Numbered from the stretch's first letter, positions 47,571 to 64,000 are shown. The stretch is DNA of 64,000 bases from Cyanophora paradoxa CCMP329 (GCA_004431415.1 QPMI01000535.1:62001-126000); one strand, 5' to 3'. Made by a program: numbers and translations. Notes: generated by a model not told the origin, from the sequence alone.

Positions 47571-48852
47571 GAGAGGCGCGGCTATGAATCTCAGTTTTGG
47601 ATCATGAATCTTTGACACTGGTACCTAATAGTAGTGGGTGCAGAGTACTAGCTGCGCTTCTAGTGGCCCATTTGCGGCCAAAACTGGCCAGTGGCCTTCG
47701 ACGCTTTCCCTCTGTTTTTCTCAAATCAATTTTTGCTCAAATGCAAGTTCAAGGTTTGCCGCGGCCCCGGACGTTTGTTTTACTTTTACTTCCGTCTGCC
47801 AGCGTCTGGTAGCCCACTACTAGGCTACTAGGCTAGTACTAGACTACTACTAGTGTAGTACTAGGAGCTTTGTTAATATTAGTAGTGGGTCCGGCGCCGG
47901 ACCGGCGGGGCCGGGCCGGGCCGATCCACCCCCCATATGGAACGGGCGGGATTCGAAGCTTTCAACCTCAATTTGCAAGGCCTGCAGCTGCGCTGAGGGC
48001 CTGAGGCTGCGCAGGAAGGCACTGTATACCGTATACGTAGGCACAGTAAGGCACTGCGGCACTGTAGCCTGCGCACTGCACAGGCTGCACCGTGGCACTG
48101 CCCTGCAGATCTTGATCGATATCTAGATCTAGACCGTCAGACCGTCGGCCCGTGTAGTACTCCGGTAGGCGGTGCAGTTCTCCAGCGGCTGCGGGCTTTA
48201 TCATAAGGAGAGGATTGTCGCCAGATTGATCGGCCGCGACCGTCGCTCGATTCCGGCGCGCTCATCGGCTCGGCCGTGCGCTCGGCCGCGGGCCCGGGGT
48301 GAGCCTTGAACGCATCAATCAGGGCTGGCAGCCTGCAGGGGGTTCTAGCTATAGGCTGAAGGCGTTGCCATAGGCCTGCCACAGAGCGGCGCGTCGTTGC
48401 ATTGCGATCGTCACCGTCGGACGCGTATCATAGTATGCATATGAAACGCCGTCGTCGAGTTTCTCTTAAGAGATCAACTTTTCGGAGTTCCCGCTAGGCT
48501 GCCGCTATAGCTACATGCGCTGGCGTACGCGCGTTCCCGAGTCCTGAATGCACAGCGATTATGCACCGGACCGTGGCAGTACATGCATATGCATATGTAC
48601 CGTAGTACACGCGCATACGCGGTGTCGACCGATTGAAACTGAAAGTACTAACCGCAATCGGTCGGCATGCGCAGATTATCAATCCCGAGTTCAACTGCAG
48701 TGCTGAGGATCGCCTGCGCACGGCGCTTCTGGCATCGGCTGCTCTCTACCGGTAGGGCCTAGACCTGTTAACGTTCGACTTCAAAAATTTGTCTCACCGA
48801 CATCGGAGCTGAAGTCGGTTCGGTCCCGGAGTCCTGATCAACGGCACCTTCG

Positions 48853-51800
48853 ATGGCTCCGCTACCCAACACCGGCGGTGCGTCCTCGGTCTCGTCGTCG
48901 GGCCTGACGGGCCGCGGGCCTCGCACGCCATGATCGAGATCATGGCTATGGCCATGGCATTTGTGCATGTGTCGCGATCGCGAGCGCGCTAACTCGGTGA
49001 CGCTGACGCCGGCGCCGCCCACGTACAGGCGACGGGGATGTCTTCACGGACCCCGGCGCGCTCGTCAACTCGGTGCGAGCTGCAGCGTCGACACGTTCGA
49101 TCCGATGATTGCTGCTGACTCGAAGGCGGATGCGACGCGCACGCGCAGACCGACTACGAAGTGCCGCTCACGTTCGTCGAGCGCGTCCTCAAGACCGGCG
49201 AGGACATCGTGCGCGAGAATTCCGGCCACATAAGCGCGCACGTTGCGCGCGCGGGACGTTCGAGCTTTGAGGCTCAGCTGGCCGGGTCCGCGACGCGCAG
49301 GTGAAGGGGACGGGCTCCTTCGAGCAAGCAGCAGTCCGCTCTGGCCAGGTACCTGTCGCTTGACCTTGTCCCACGGCGCTATTCCCGCATCTTTCTGATG
49401 CAGGAACGCCTGTCGCGCGCTGTGGCTCGCAGATCACTTACACGCAAACGTGCGAGCTCGCAATCGAATTCATCAATATTCTGATCATAAAATCTCCGAT
49501 CTCGAATCCTTCGATTTTTTTGCTAACGAATTCGAGTACACGCGCAGAGTTACCGAGAAGGGCAGTGACGTCGTCCAGCGTCCAGGCTACCAGACCGGTT
49601 CGTTTATAAGCTTAAGCACATACTTCTGCGAGCATTATGATAACGGCGTGCACCGCGGGATCTGCATTTATAATTGAATGCCCGCGCGCAGGCAAGGTCG
49701 AGACGAAGGTGCAGGTCGTTCCGATCAAGTTCCAGTACGGTGCGTGCTTAATTGTAATAAATATAACAGCTTCCCCGATTGCCCGCCACCTAGAGTTCGA
49801 ATTCATATGTACCCGTCGAGCTCCGGATCCGCCAATATCGAATGTAATTCCGGTCGTGCATTCCAGGCGAGGTCGAGCACGTCTTTCTGCCCAAGTCCGT
49901 CCCTACCACCGTCGTCGAACCTTTGTTCGCGGTGCGGCCGACATTAACCGTCCCCTTCCGACTTCCCGCTCTGCTTCTATACCTATACTTCTTCTACATT
50001 CAATGCCCCCTCCTTCTGTCTATAATTGTTCTGTCGAGTTCGGACCGGAAATTTATATGTGCAGGCTTCGTTCTACATCAAAAATATATATTAATTCGAG
50101 ATCGGCGTCTCGGCGCAGACGCCCTCGACGTCAGACGGCACCTTTGCGCCGGCCGGCGATCTTGTGCTCGGCGAGACCATCCCCGATTCGACCACTAAGG
50201 ACGCCGTCGGTGCGATCTCGAGCTCGGCGCCCATGCCAGCGCATAAGCACGTAGAGACTAACGGTTGGATTTTTTGCCATGCTGCAGGCGCCAAGGGCTA
50301 CTACGCGTACCATGAGGAGCAGCTCACCACGCAGGCCACGGCCAAGCTGTTCGACGTCGAGACCTTTGGCAGCGTCTCGTGCGTGGCCCCGAACAGCAGG
50401 TGTGCTGCGCGCGGTCGCCGACGCTGGAGCCGCGCGCCGCAGGGTGCCTGTGCACCTGGACGACAAGGTCCTGGCTGGGCATGAGCTCCCCGGCCTCGTG
50501 TGGGTGCGTCGACGTTGGCCGCGCACTGCGGCAACTGCAGTGAACAGTTTTGCGCGATCGATTTCGCGATTACTCACGCGCGCGCCTGCGCTTTGTCTTC
50601 AGGGCAAGGTGCAAGAGCTTCTGAGCAAGCCCTTTAACGTCGTTGAAGGTACGTGCACGTGGAGCGCAGCTGCAGAGCCAGAGCCGGCGCGTTTGCGCAT
50701 ACTGACGGTGCACTCGGGCGGGCAGAGGAGCCGATCGAGCGCGAGAACCCGTTCCAGACGACGCAAGTCCAGGAGTATCGCATCGACTACATCGACACGC
50801 TCCCCGCCGACTGGCAGAAGACCTACACCATCACGGGCACAAAGACCTTCCAGCAGGCCGGCAAAGTATCCGGCTCTGTCAGCTACACGATCCCCTCCGA
50901 GGCTGAAGTTGTGAGTAATTATAATCTCGCTCGACCATTTCCTATAGCCATCAGGAACTGGATTAGTCAACCTTTTCCAGGTCGGGTACAATCTCATCCC
51001 CGGCAAGGAGATCGGTCGGATCGATACGTGAGCTCCTCGCGATCTACTGCGAAACTTTTTATTGTCTTACGACTAACCCCGGCCTTCGCAGCTACGTCAA
51101 GCTGACTGTCGGCGAGGGTGGCCCGAGCGGCCCCGTGCGCCCGAGATCGATTATATATCCTCGATCGGGGCCTGATATGACAGCGCGGACGTTGCTGCCG
51201 CGCGCGAGCAGGAGACGCCCCTGTTCGAGGGCGAGGCTGACCCGACACTCACCGAGACGGGCGCCGTCGTTACCGGCACCGAGGCGAGAGCATCCCGACC
51301 GCTTCCATGACGCGCCACGCTCGCCGACCCGCCGGCGCGGCCGGCTGCGCAGGTGGAGGGGACGACGGGCGTGGAGTTCGAGTGCGGGTCGACGGCCGAG
51401 GCGAAGCGGGACGAGTCGACGGAGGTGAACAGCTTCAAGGAGACCTCCATCCAGACCGAGGACCTCGGCGTCGTCGTCGGGTGCGCTTAATTAGCTTGCT
51501 TGCTTTATGTATCTTTCTACAATTCTGCTTTATATATCTTTCTACGATTCTGCACTCCTCCGAGTTGCTTGGTCGACATCTGACTTCATGGCCACCCGGC
51601 CCCCGATCCAGCGAGAACGCTGTGCAGAAGCTGTCGTTCGAGAACCCGACGCCGCTCGTGCTCCTCAAGGAAAACGGCGACCGCGTGGCCGTGACCGACT
51701 CATCCCTGAACCCCGCCCTCAATGCGTTGTTCGAGGCTTCCGTGCGCCCCCCTTCATCTGTGGCCGTCGCTGATATTGCATCTGTGGCCGTCGCTGAGTC

Positions 51801-54800
51801 GGCTGCCCGGCGGCCTTCGAATTCGCCTTGGCAGGCCACGGGCGACAGCGCCGGCAACCCGAGCTTCTTTGGCAAGAAGTTTATTCCCAAGGTGCGCGCA
51901 TCCCGTCCGCCGCTAATCATTATAACATGTGTTATAATTAGCTTTGAACTAGTCAATGTCTATTGAACTCTGGCTGATCCTGACTGCGTTCACCCATGGC
52001 CAGGGCAACTTCATGCTGAAGGACTTGGAGAGCGGCAAGTGCCTCGCGTTCGCCGGGGACGGCAACGACGCCCCCTTGGTCGAGACCGAGTGCGACCCGA
52101 CTGCCCGTGCGCCGGCTGCAGCTACCGCTTTCCCTCCCATCGGCCCCCTTCCAATTGGGCCCGATATGCGCAGCGCGGACTGTGTGGGAGGCTGTGCCCC
52201 CCAAGTCGCCGATGGACGCGTACAAGAACGACGCGGCGATGGGCTTCCGCGTCCTGAAGGTCGTCGGCAAGGACATGGTCGTCGACGCGCAGGGGTACGA
52301 CGAGACCGCCAAGAGCGGCCTCATCCAGTCGCTCCACGAGTCGGTGCGCATGCATACAGCAGCAGCAGCAGCAGCAGCAGCGACGCTAACATCAGCTGCT
52401 GCAGCAGCAGCCTGAGCGCGCGACCGTTCGCGCACGCACGCGTGAACTCAAGCTCGAGCGCAGAGCGGCCACCGGGACAACACGGTCAAGTTCAACTACC
52501 TCGGCGAAAAGGACGGACTTGCCATCGTCTCCATCCACGCCGGTGCGACGTCGAATCTGAAGCTTAAGCCCGCATATTATAATCAGTGTTACTAAGTGCC
52601 GAGCCGAGTCCCGCAAACTGAAATTAAAGGGCCTTTAATTTGCAGGCGACGCGCCGAGCCTGGTGTACACGATGAGCGAGGGCAGGATCCAGGCCCTGCC
52701 GTGGTGCGTGCGCGATGGCTGCGCTTCCGACATCGATGGCGGACCGGACGTCGACCGGCCGCGAATTCGAACTCTGAACGCCGCCTGCGCACATGTGCAC
52801 GTTCCACGCGCAGGCAGGAGAACGTGACCCCAGGCATCCAAATCATTCCGGTCGACGTTGACGTCGACGGCGGCAAATTTAAACACATCCCTGCGGCTGA
52901 TCATGACACGCCCCCGCCCGGCTTCGATGCCCCGCCTCCCGGCGCCCCCCCGCCCGGCTTCGAATTCCCGCCCACTGGCGGCCCCCCGCCCGACTTCGAG
53001 TTCCCGCCTGGTTTCGTACCCCCGCCTGGTTTCGTCCCCGGCAACCCCCCGCCCGGCTTCGTCCCCGGCACCCCCCCGCCCGGCTTCGTCCCCGGCACCC
53101 CCCCGCCCGGCTTCGAATTCCCGCCTGGTTTCGTACCCCCGCCTGGCTTCGTCCCCGGCACCCCCCCGCCTGGCTTCGTCCCCGGCACACCCCCGCCCGG
53201 CTTTGAATTCCCGCCTGGTTTCGTACCCCCGCCTGGCTTTGTCCCCGGCACCCCCCCGCCTGGATTCGTCCCCGGGTTCCCTGGGTTCAACTCTGGCCCC
53301 CAGCTTCCTACATTGGAATCGGACAAGTTTGTCCTCGTGGCCGTGCGCCCTTTATTTTTAGATCTTGGCGTGTGCGGGGCGGCCGGTTCTATCACTGGCC
53401 TCGCGATCGCGTGACCGCGAGCTGCTCTGCAGAACAAAAGCTCTGAGTGCCTTTTCTTCGACTCCAGCCTCCAGGACAACGCAACCGGCAACTGGGCGCT
53501 CCAATCCAAGCCCTGCAACCCACAGGACCGTGCGCAATATGTTCACTATGATCTTGTTTATCAGTGCTGCTGGTTTCAGTTTGGCTTCTTTTCAGCCCAC
53601 GCATACATGTACAAGTAGTCCCTCGAGCTTAAGCTTGCCTGCGCAGCGAACCTGGATCGGAAGTTCTGGTGGAGCCTCAAGTCCCTCGGGGGCCCCGATG
53701 GGGAGGATCTGGCCAAGGAGGGGTGGAAAGGCCTCGAGAACCAGGGCCGCTTCGCGGACCTCCCGGGTCGCTGGGACCCGTCCCTTACGAACCAGTGGGT
53801 GAGGGGCCAGCTCATCGGCGGAAACGCGGAACAGACCAACGACCCCGACCAGCGCGTGAAGTGAGCTCGAGCCCCCGCCCGCGCTCCCGTAACTCTACTT
53901 CCACGCGAATCGAATCGCCACAGGTTGGAGAAGCTCGAGAACCCCGAGCGCGAGGCGGCGCCCAAGGCGGTCGGGGGCGTCTCGGTCAAGATCCTCGGGG
54001 CAGCGGAGCTCGGCGGGAAGCCGGTCTACTGGTCCTACGAGGCCCCGCGCGAGACGGAGGTGAGGAACTGGGAGGACACAAAGGACCAGTACTTCACCGT
54101 CAAGATGCTCCCCAAGTCCCTCACCGACGCGGCCCCGCCCGCGGAGCCGCCCGCCGTCGACCCGCGCCCGCCCATCCCCCTGCTGGGGCCCAAGTTCACC
54201 ATCCAGGAGGTGCGAGTTTGCACTCGCCCTTATCTGTCATAGCTAGATCTTCCGATTTCTTCGGGGTCCTTTAATTTCCAACGCGGGCTGCTCTGATTTC
54301 ACTTGCACGCGCAGAACGCCAGCGGCGAGTGCCTTATGTTCGACAGCGCCGATGCGTCCGAGAACTGGGCCCTCCGCAGCGCGCCCTGCAACCCCGGCGA
54401 CCGTGAGCACTGCTGGCCGCGGCCCCGCACTGCTCGTCCCTTCGAATTCCTGACGCCGGCCTTCTTTAAATTTGGCGGGTGCAGCGAACCTGGACGGGAA
54501 GTTCCTCTGGTCGTACCGCGCGCTTCCGGAACTCTACGGCATGAGCCTGGAGTCGCAGGGCTGGTCCGGCCTGGAGAACCAGGGGCGCAGCCCCGACATA
54601 CCGGGCCCATCGTACGCCCTGAACGGCCAGTGGAGCGCCGGCCAGCTCATCCGCGGCGCGAAGGATCCACGTTTCGAATTCGATGCGCGCATCCGGTGAG
54701 CGGCAGCGCCGCCACGTGCACGAATATTAATGCGCTCGCTTTCGCGATCGAGACAAATAATTGATGAGCTGTTGGCGCAGTTGGGAGACGGTCCCTTCCA

Positions 54801-55187
54801 CCGAGTCGCAGCCCGTGACCGAGGGCGGGACGTCGGTCAAGATCGTCACGACGCCTGTCAGCGGCAATCCGGGCTACTGGACGCACGACGGCGTGGCCGA
54901 CGAGGTGGAGGCGGACAACGGGGGCAGCAAGCCCGGGCAGTACTTCACGATCAAGGCGCACGCCACGGCCGGCTCCGACCAGCTCGACGACGAGGCCGGC
55001 AGCTTTGATGAGGTCGGCCCTCTAATAATAATCGTCTTAGAAGTCTGTTTCTGCGAGCTTGCAATTGCTGACAGGCTCTCGCCCCGCCCCCCATGCGCAG
55101 GCGGAGCTGGAGGAGGAGGGGGCGGAGCTGGAGGGGGCGGACCTCGCGGAGGCGCTGGCCGCCGAGGAGTCCCTCCCCGTCGCGTAG
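48853..55187 (+). CDS. Multi-exon beta-rich protein with ricin-B/beta-trefoil-like repeats and Pro-rich linker; candidate aerolysin-type pore-forming lectin
   Basis: MAPLPNTG|GDGDVF... splices in phase through roughly 30 short exons. Thr/Ser/Val/Glu-rich N-half; FMLKDLESGKCLAFAG...LVETECDP and VLKVVGKDMVVDAQG resemble beta-trefoil lectin strands. Two homologous C-terminal modules; stop at 55187. The gene is well supported, the toxin call is tentative. Confidence 0.7.
52908..53290 (+). repeat. Coding repeat (PPPGFVPGT / PPPGFEF)n
   Basis: More than a dozen PPGF units within ORF 52596..53414. Confidence 0.95.
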
Positions 55188-56164
55188 ACAGACGCTGAGA
55201 GGGCGCAGCGGAGGGCGATGGTGACGAGGTCCCCGCCCCGCCCCGCTTCCCCTCGGCCCCTACCCACCGGGGCCGGCGTCTCCTCCGCGACCGCATGGTC
55301 TACATGCTGACGTCGACGATCGCGAATATGAATGGTATATTGAATTCGAAGAGGGCGGGCTCGAGGATTGATATTGTAATGAGTTTCGATTCCGGATTTA
55401 GATCTTGCCTATTAGACGCGTACGCCGCGCGCGCGTGCATGTTGCCTTTTTTTTGTTTGCAAAAATGGACGTCGCATTGATACACCACGGCACATGTATC
55501 AATGTTCTACGTGACGTGCCCTTCCGACCGGTCATCTATCTAGCCGAAGGGCGCGCGTGCATGTTGCCGAATACTCATGACCCTCAACGATTTGCGTATA
55601 TGCATTAGCACACAACAACAACTACCGTAGTACTAGGAGTTTCACATCGCCCAATTTATCTTGCCGACTAGATAACACTGAGGACCGTCGAGGGCCGAAC
55701 ATGATCATTATCGATATCAATGGTCGGCGCCTTTTATACAGGATTGTGGAAATTAAACACTGTGACTAGCACTTGTCGACGTCGACGTCCGTCACAAGTG
55801 GGTGCGGCATGAATAATCTATATCTAGCCAAGTGCACATAGATCAGACTTAGGATACCGGTTATGCATGCATGCGGGTGCATACTATATATGATATGCAC
55901 TGATCATGCGGCACTGAGCGCTTCATAGATTGTAATATTCATGATCACATGAATTTGCAATTGATGCACATTGGAATCTTCGAGTTCGTCTGACAGTATA
56001 CGTATACGTAACCTGCCGCAAATGAACTCCTACACCGCTTTACACTAGCGCCCGGCCCATAGGGCCTCCGAATTCGAATATGTACAAAACCGACGAACCC
56101 TAAAAAAAGGCGAGGTCATCGCGTCCCATCTCAAAAATTTTGAAAGAATTTCTACAGGGTGAAA

Positions 56165-58955
<2,791 letters not shown>

Positions 58956-59818
58956 CGCTGGTGACGTCGACTCTCGAATGTGCGGTCGCGAGGGAGGCGG
59001 CGTCGGCGCGTTGGAGAGGCGGCCGCGAATCGGCGAAGGACGGCGCGCGTCCTCCGACTGCTGCTCGGGAGAGCGGGAAGGGCTAGTGCTGCTTGATGTG
59101 TGGATTCGCGCGTAGAGGCCGATGCAGGAGCTCGTGCGGGTCGTCGGGCGCGGTGCGCGGGATGCGCTGCGCCGGGCTGCTGTGCGCGGTGGCTTGCTGT
59201 GCTTTCCGCAGACGAAGGACGGCTTCGAGGAGGCCTCGCGCGCAAGTGCGATGGGTGCTTAAGGCTGGGGGTCGAGGATGGCGCGCCGAAGCTGCGAATG
59301 ACGGAGCTCGACGCGGCGGGCGACGTAGGAGGTGACATCGTGACGTCGTGGATGTGCGTGCTGGCGGATCCAGCTGGCGGCCTCGATGCGGCGCTCGGAG
59401 GCGTCCGAATTCCAACCTGGCACTCCGAGCCTCTTTCTTCCACGTTTTTCGGCCGTACCCCCCGCCGGCGCCCCGGGTACAAGCACCGATCGCTCGTAAC
59501 CCGGCTCGCTCGAAGCCCAGCCCAGAGCGGAGCGTAACTGCGTGCCACGGTGCTCGGTATACTCCGGCGAGCAATTCTGCGGGGGACCGGTACCACGTTA
59601 GCTAGCGCCTCGGGTCCGTCCCGCGCTCCTCGCTGAGCCGCGACGCGGTCTGGATCATTCTCGCTTCGATCACGGACTCGCGCGTACAGCTGCCGGCGAC
59701 CAGCGCCGCGCGCCGGGGGCGCGCGAAGTACAGGCTCCTAGCCTCGAGCTCACGGGTCCGAGCCGTTTCGCCGGCCAGATCCAGGCACCGGCGAGCGCTG
59801 CAGCGCCGCAACTGAGTC

Positions 59819-62800
59819 ATGCAGCTCGTTTTTAAGAAATCTATAGCACGTAGCCCGCAGCTGGCCCCGCGCGCAGCCCACAGCTGGCCCCGCGCTGGCT
59901 GCGTCAGCCAGCTGCAGGCGGGGAAGCGCGAGCGCGCGGTCGCTGCCGCAGCCGTTCTCCTCCTTGTGTGCTTGTGTACGTTCCGCCGCATGGCCGCCGC
60001 GCGCGCGCGAGCCCGGCCTTACGCTTGACTCCGGGCGCAGGTCTCGCGGTGTCACGCGCGGCTGGCCAGCTCCCGGCGCCCCCGGGCAACCCGGACTCGC
60101 TTGCCCCCGGAGAAAGCTCCTTCTGCGTCGGCTCACAGTACGACACGACGCTCCCCACCCCCACCTCGGCCAACGGTGCTCCGCCCTCGCGCTCCACCAG
60201 CACTTTAGATCTCTGCGCGCGCTCAGCCTCCCACCGCTGCTCGCAGGCCAGGGGGCGAGCGCCAGGTTCACCGGCATACGCAGTGCGCTCGTACCCCCTT
60301 CGTAGAGGCGCATTCGGCTTTCTCTTAACGCACCCGGCGCCCGCAGGCGTCCACTACAACAACTACGACGGTACCCCCCCCTGCCCCTCCCCCCTCCCCG
60401 TCCGCGCCGGCGGGACCGAACGCCGGGCCCCCAGGTTATCTCTACGTCGGGGTTCGAAACGGCATCTTCCGAGTCGACTCGACGTGCCTTCGTACCCCTG
60501 CCGCCCAGCTGGGGTACCCCCCCTCGACCGGCTCGCGCGTGCAGGTGCACGGCGACCCTCATCGTCGGCTCGTACGCCGGCGTCGCGGCCGACGGGGCCG
60601 GCGGTGAGACGCGACCGCCCCCGTGCCACTCCGACGAAGTCGCGTACCCCCCTGAGCTCCCGGCCCCGCAGTATTTGGCGTGGATGGGATGGGCACCTTC
60701 GCCACGTTCGGGTACCCATTTGTCGTTCGTTCGTCTTTGTACCCCGAAGCTTATCGGTACCCCCCAGGGACGTCTACGCGCTTGCCGCCGGCCCCGGTGC
60801 CCCCCGCCGCGTACCCCCTTACAACCCCCGCCCGCCCTTAAGCTTTGAATCCTGTACTCAGGGAACTCGCTGTACGTGGTGGACAAGGGACCTGCCGAGT
60901 CGGCGATCCGGCGGGTCGAGCTCATCGACCTCGCCGTCTCCACGGTCCTGCTGCAGCCCACCAGGCGAGCCCGGCCCCAGACCCTCCCTTCTCCTTACCC
61001 CTCCCGACTTATCTTCCCCGCAGCATGCAGACGCTGGCGTACTCCCCCTCCGACGGGCGCCTGTACTGGGCCCTCGCGACGAGCGGGGGCGAGCCGGGCA
61101 ACGTGACGTCCTGCCTCCCCGACGGTCCGCCCCCGTACCCCCCTTCCGGATTCTCTCCCCGCCTTCTAACGCGCGCCGGTGCCAGGGACGGATGTGCGGG
61201 TCGCGGCGATCCTCCCTCCAAATGTGGTACCCGGCGCGGGCAGCGGCCTCGCCGCGGAGGACGGCAGCGTACCCGCCCTCTTCATCGCTGCCTCCTCGGG
61301 CTCCTCGGGGGCCGTCTACAGGGTGCGGGGGGTACCGCGAGCCCGCAGGGGGCGCGCGTGACGCGGGCAACGCCAGGTCGACGTCGGAAACCCCGCGCTC
61401 TGGCCGGTGCAGGCCGCGCCCGTCGCGACGGTACCCAGCCCCTGGATCCCCCAAGGCGTCGCCTCCTTCCCCTCGCCCGGGTACGCGACCCCCGGCGCCG
61501 GCCTACGGCCCCCTGCCTGCCTGACCTGTACCCCCCCGCGCGCAGGCCGTACCGCCTCTTCGTTCAGGCCCGTGGCGACCCCGCCATCCTTTCCCTCGAC
61601 GCCGCCGGCGCCCTCGTCGCTCCCGAGACCGTCGCCCCGCCCTCCACGTGCGTACCCCCCCCCCCCCGCCCCGCCCCCCTTTGCGATCGACAGCCCCTCT
61701 CGCCTCATAATCATTCGCTGCGCAGCCCGTCGGAAACGTACGGAATCTCTCCAATCCGGAATCGACCCGACGCCGTCGTCTATACCTCCTGGGACCAGGT
61801 TCGGCTCCGGGGCGGGCCCCTTTTCGTTCTTCTCCCTTCGGGGGGTTGAAGCCGCCCCGCAGTACCGGATCCACGTGCACAAGCTCCGGATCTCGGCCGC
61901 CCCTACGCCCAGCCCCTCCCCCGCCCCCGGGACCGCCCCCCTCGACCTCGCATCGGTATCCCCCCTCGCCGGCGCCTCCGCCGACGGCTCGGTCCTCCTC
62001 CCCGTACCCCTCGTCTCCCTCGGCGTCTCCTCCTCCGTCGGTCCGGCCCTGTACCCCCTCCGCCTCCCCCTCCCCCGTCTTCGCCTCTCATACCCCCCGC
62101 AGCCTCCGCCCCCGCGGGCCAGTACGTCTTCTCGTGGTCCCAGGACGCCGGAGCTGCCGTACCCCCCTCGGCCTTCTCCGGCGCCTCTACCCCCGTGTTC
62201 AACGTCTCGGGCGAGGCCCTCGCACCCGGGAGCTACACCTTCACGCTGACGGCCTTCGAGCCGGCCGCCGGCCGCTCCCGCTCCTTCCCCTTCCTCCTCG
62301 TCGTTTCCATCGCGCCCAGTGCGCCGTACCCCCTGCCCCATCACCCCCCGCCCCGTCTTACCTTCCTGCAGTCCCCCTGCGGATCCCGGGCGGAGCCGCC
62401 GTCACCATTTCGCTCTCGGTCAGCGTCGGCGTGAGCGTGAACGTCGGGCTGACGGCGCCGGCCGCCCCAGCGGCGCCGGCTTCGACGCCGGCTCTGCGGC
62501 CCGGCCAGACGGTCCCCTTCGACCTCACGGGGCTCCCCGACCTCTCCCCGTACGCCTCCGTCGCGCCCTTCGTCTTCCGGTTCGAGTCCCGCCGGGCCCC
62601 TTTCCATGCCGACGCTCCGGATCCAGCCCCTGAGGCCTCGCAGGTACACGGCCGGGCTCTACCGCGCCTCGTCCAACGCCTACGTCACGGTGCGATGTAC
62701 CCCCGTCGAGCTTTTCCCCCCCGGCCTTTCGCTAACGCCCGGCCAGAACGTGACGGTGATCGCGGAGGCGCTGCCGCGGAACGGGCGGGCGGCGCTCGTG

Positions 62801-64000
62801 CTGCCCGGGGCGGCCTACGTACCCCCCACCGACGAGCTCTTCTACATCCGCCTCGAGGCGAGTGCTTGTCTTAAGAGGGAAGCGAGGCCTGGAGCGCCTG
62901 CCCTTATTATATCGTTTAACGCCCGTTTGATAAGACCATCTTATCGCTCAGAGGATCTACATATGATTGGTCTAAAATCAATAGGGGGGCAAGGCCTGGA
63001 GCGCCCGCCGCTCACTTTCGGCCGTCTCTCCGCGCAGCTGCGGGGGCGGGACGACGTCGTCTCCGTGCCCCTCGCCCGCAGCCACAGCCGCCGCGCCGCC
63101 CTCCAGGCCCCCGTGCTCCGCTTTCGTTTCTGCCCTTCTCTTCCGGGCTCGCCTGAGGGGGCCGGCCGCGCATACGCAGCCGGCGGGCTTCGCCGCCGTG
63201 ATCGCGTCGGGCCAGAGCGGCCCCTTCCGCCTCCTCACCTTCAAGGGCGGTGCGGACCTCTGTCCTCTTCTGTCTTTCGAAGGCGGCTCACCGCGCGCGT
63301 GCGCGCCCCGCCGGCGGCAGACTCGGCGCGGGCGGAGCAGGCCGGCTTCTGCGTGACGATCTTCAGCGGTGCGCGCGCGCTCGAATCCCGCGTCGCCCTC
63401 AGCCGGCTCGAGTAAAAGTCGCCGCAGCGGCCTCGGCGGGTATCGCCGTCCTGACGGACGCCGCGGTCGCCCTCGCCGGCGCGGGGGCCGGTCCCTACGG
63501 CTTCGGGCCCGCCGCCGCCGCTGCCGCCGGCGCCGGCGCGGCCGGCCTCGGCGCGGCCCCGTGGTCCCTCGGGGCTGCCTCCGCCTCAGCCGCCTCCGCC
63601 GCCGCCTCTTCGGCCCTCCCCCGGGTCCGCTCCTTCGAATTTGCCTCCTCCTCCTTCTCGCCCGTCCCGCCCCGACGCCGTCGGCCCCGCCTCGCAGTTC
63701 GGCTTTGGCGCAAACCTCGCCGTCCGGAGCGCCCAGTTCACCTGTCCGCCCCGGGCCCCGCCCTCCCTTTGTCCTACCGCTTTAGCCGTTCTTGGTTGTT
63801 TACGCCTCCGCCCCGCCCCCCCCCCCCCCCCCCCCCGCGCAGACTTCTCGGCGTTCTACGGGGGCCAGCGGACGGCGTACCGCAACATGTCCGCCTCCCT
63901 CGAGTGGGCAAACCTCTACTTCCGCCGTGCGCCTGTAGCTAGAAGCCCTCCCTAAAGCTAGAAGGCTAGAGGCTTCTAACTACACCTCTAACTGTGGGAG
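59819..64000 (+). CDS. Large secreted/surface protein with NHL-like beta-propeller and beta-sandwich exons (3' end at or beyond the window edge)
   Basis: N-terminal hydrophobic AVAAAAVLLLV; GASARFTGI, SLYVVDKG...AIRRVEL...VSTV, LAYSPSDGRLYW, PTPSPSP linker, LAPGSYTFTLTA. Divergent from the subtilisin gene; exon structure approximate. Confidence 0.55.

Overview
Eukaryotic, very GC-rich, intron-dense genomic DNA (protist/alga-like; many short introns, a notable share with apparent GC donors). Most ORFs in the supplied track are shadow frames or single exons, so gene models were stitched by eye and exon borders are approximate. Left third, a rearranged TE-rich block: AT-rich iteron-like hairpins (103-476); a 3'-truncated Ngaro/DIRS-type retrotransposon (gag + RT/RNase H, no tyrosine recombinase) with a 7 x ~113-bp internal array; a ~6-kb decayed segmental duplicate of 25.3-31.7 kb; a 3.4-kb foldback element; a BAH-domain gene; and TA-flanked MITEs. 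The rest is genic: an N-acylated DUF4062-NACHT-TPR (NLR-like STAND) gene; a long unknown minus-strand gene; a divergent gene with an MDH1B-type N-terminal domain but no dehydrogenase; a Venus-flytrap/Cys-rich/multi-TM receptor; a beta-rich protein with ricin-B-like repeats (candidate aerolysin-type pore-former); a membrane-anchored subtilisin; and a beta-propeller-like surface protein at the right edge. The best candidates for new biology are the putative pore-forming lectin, the acylated NLR-like sensor, the class-C-GPCR-like receptor and the TE-embedded BAH gene. All domain calls are motif recognition by eye, not database results.
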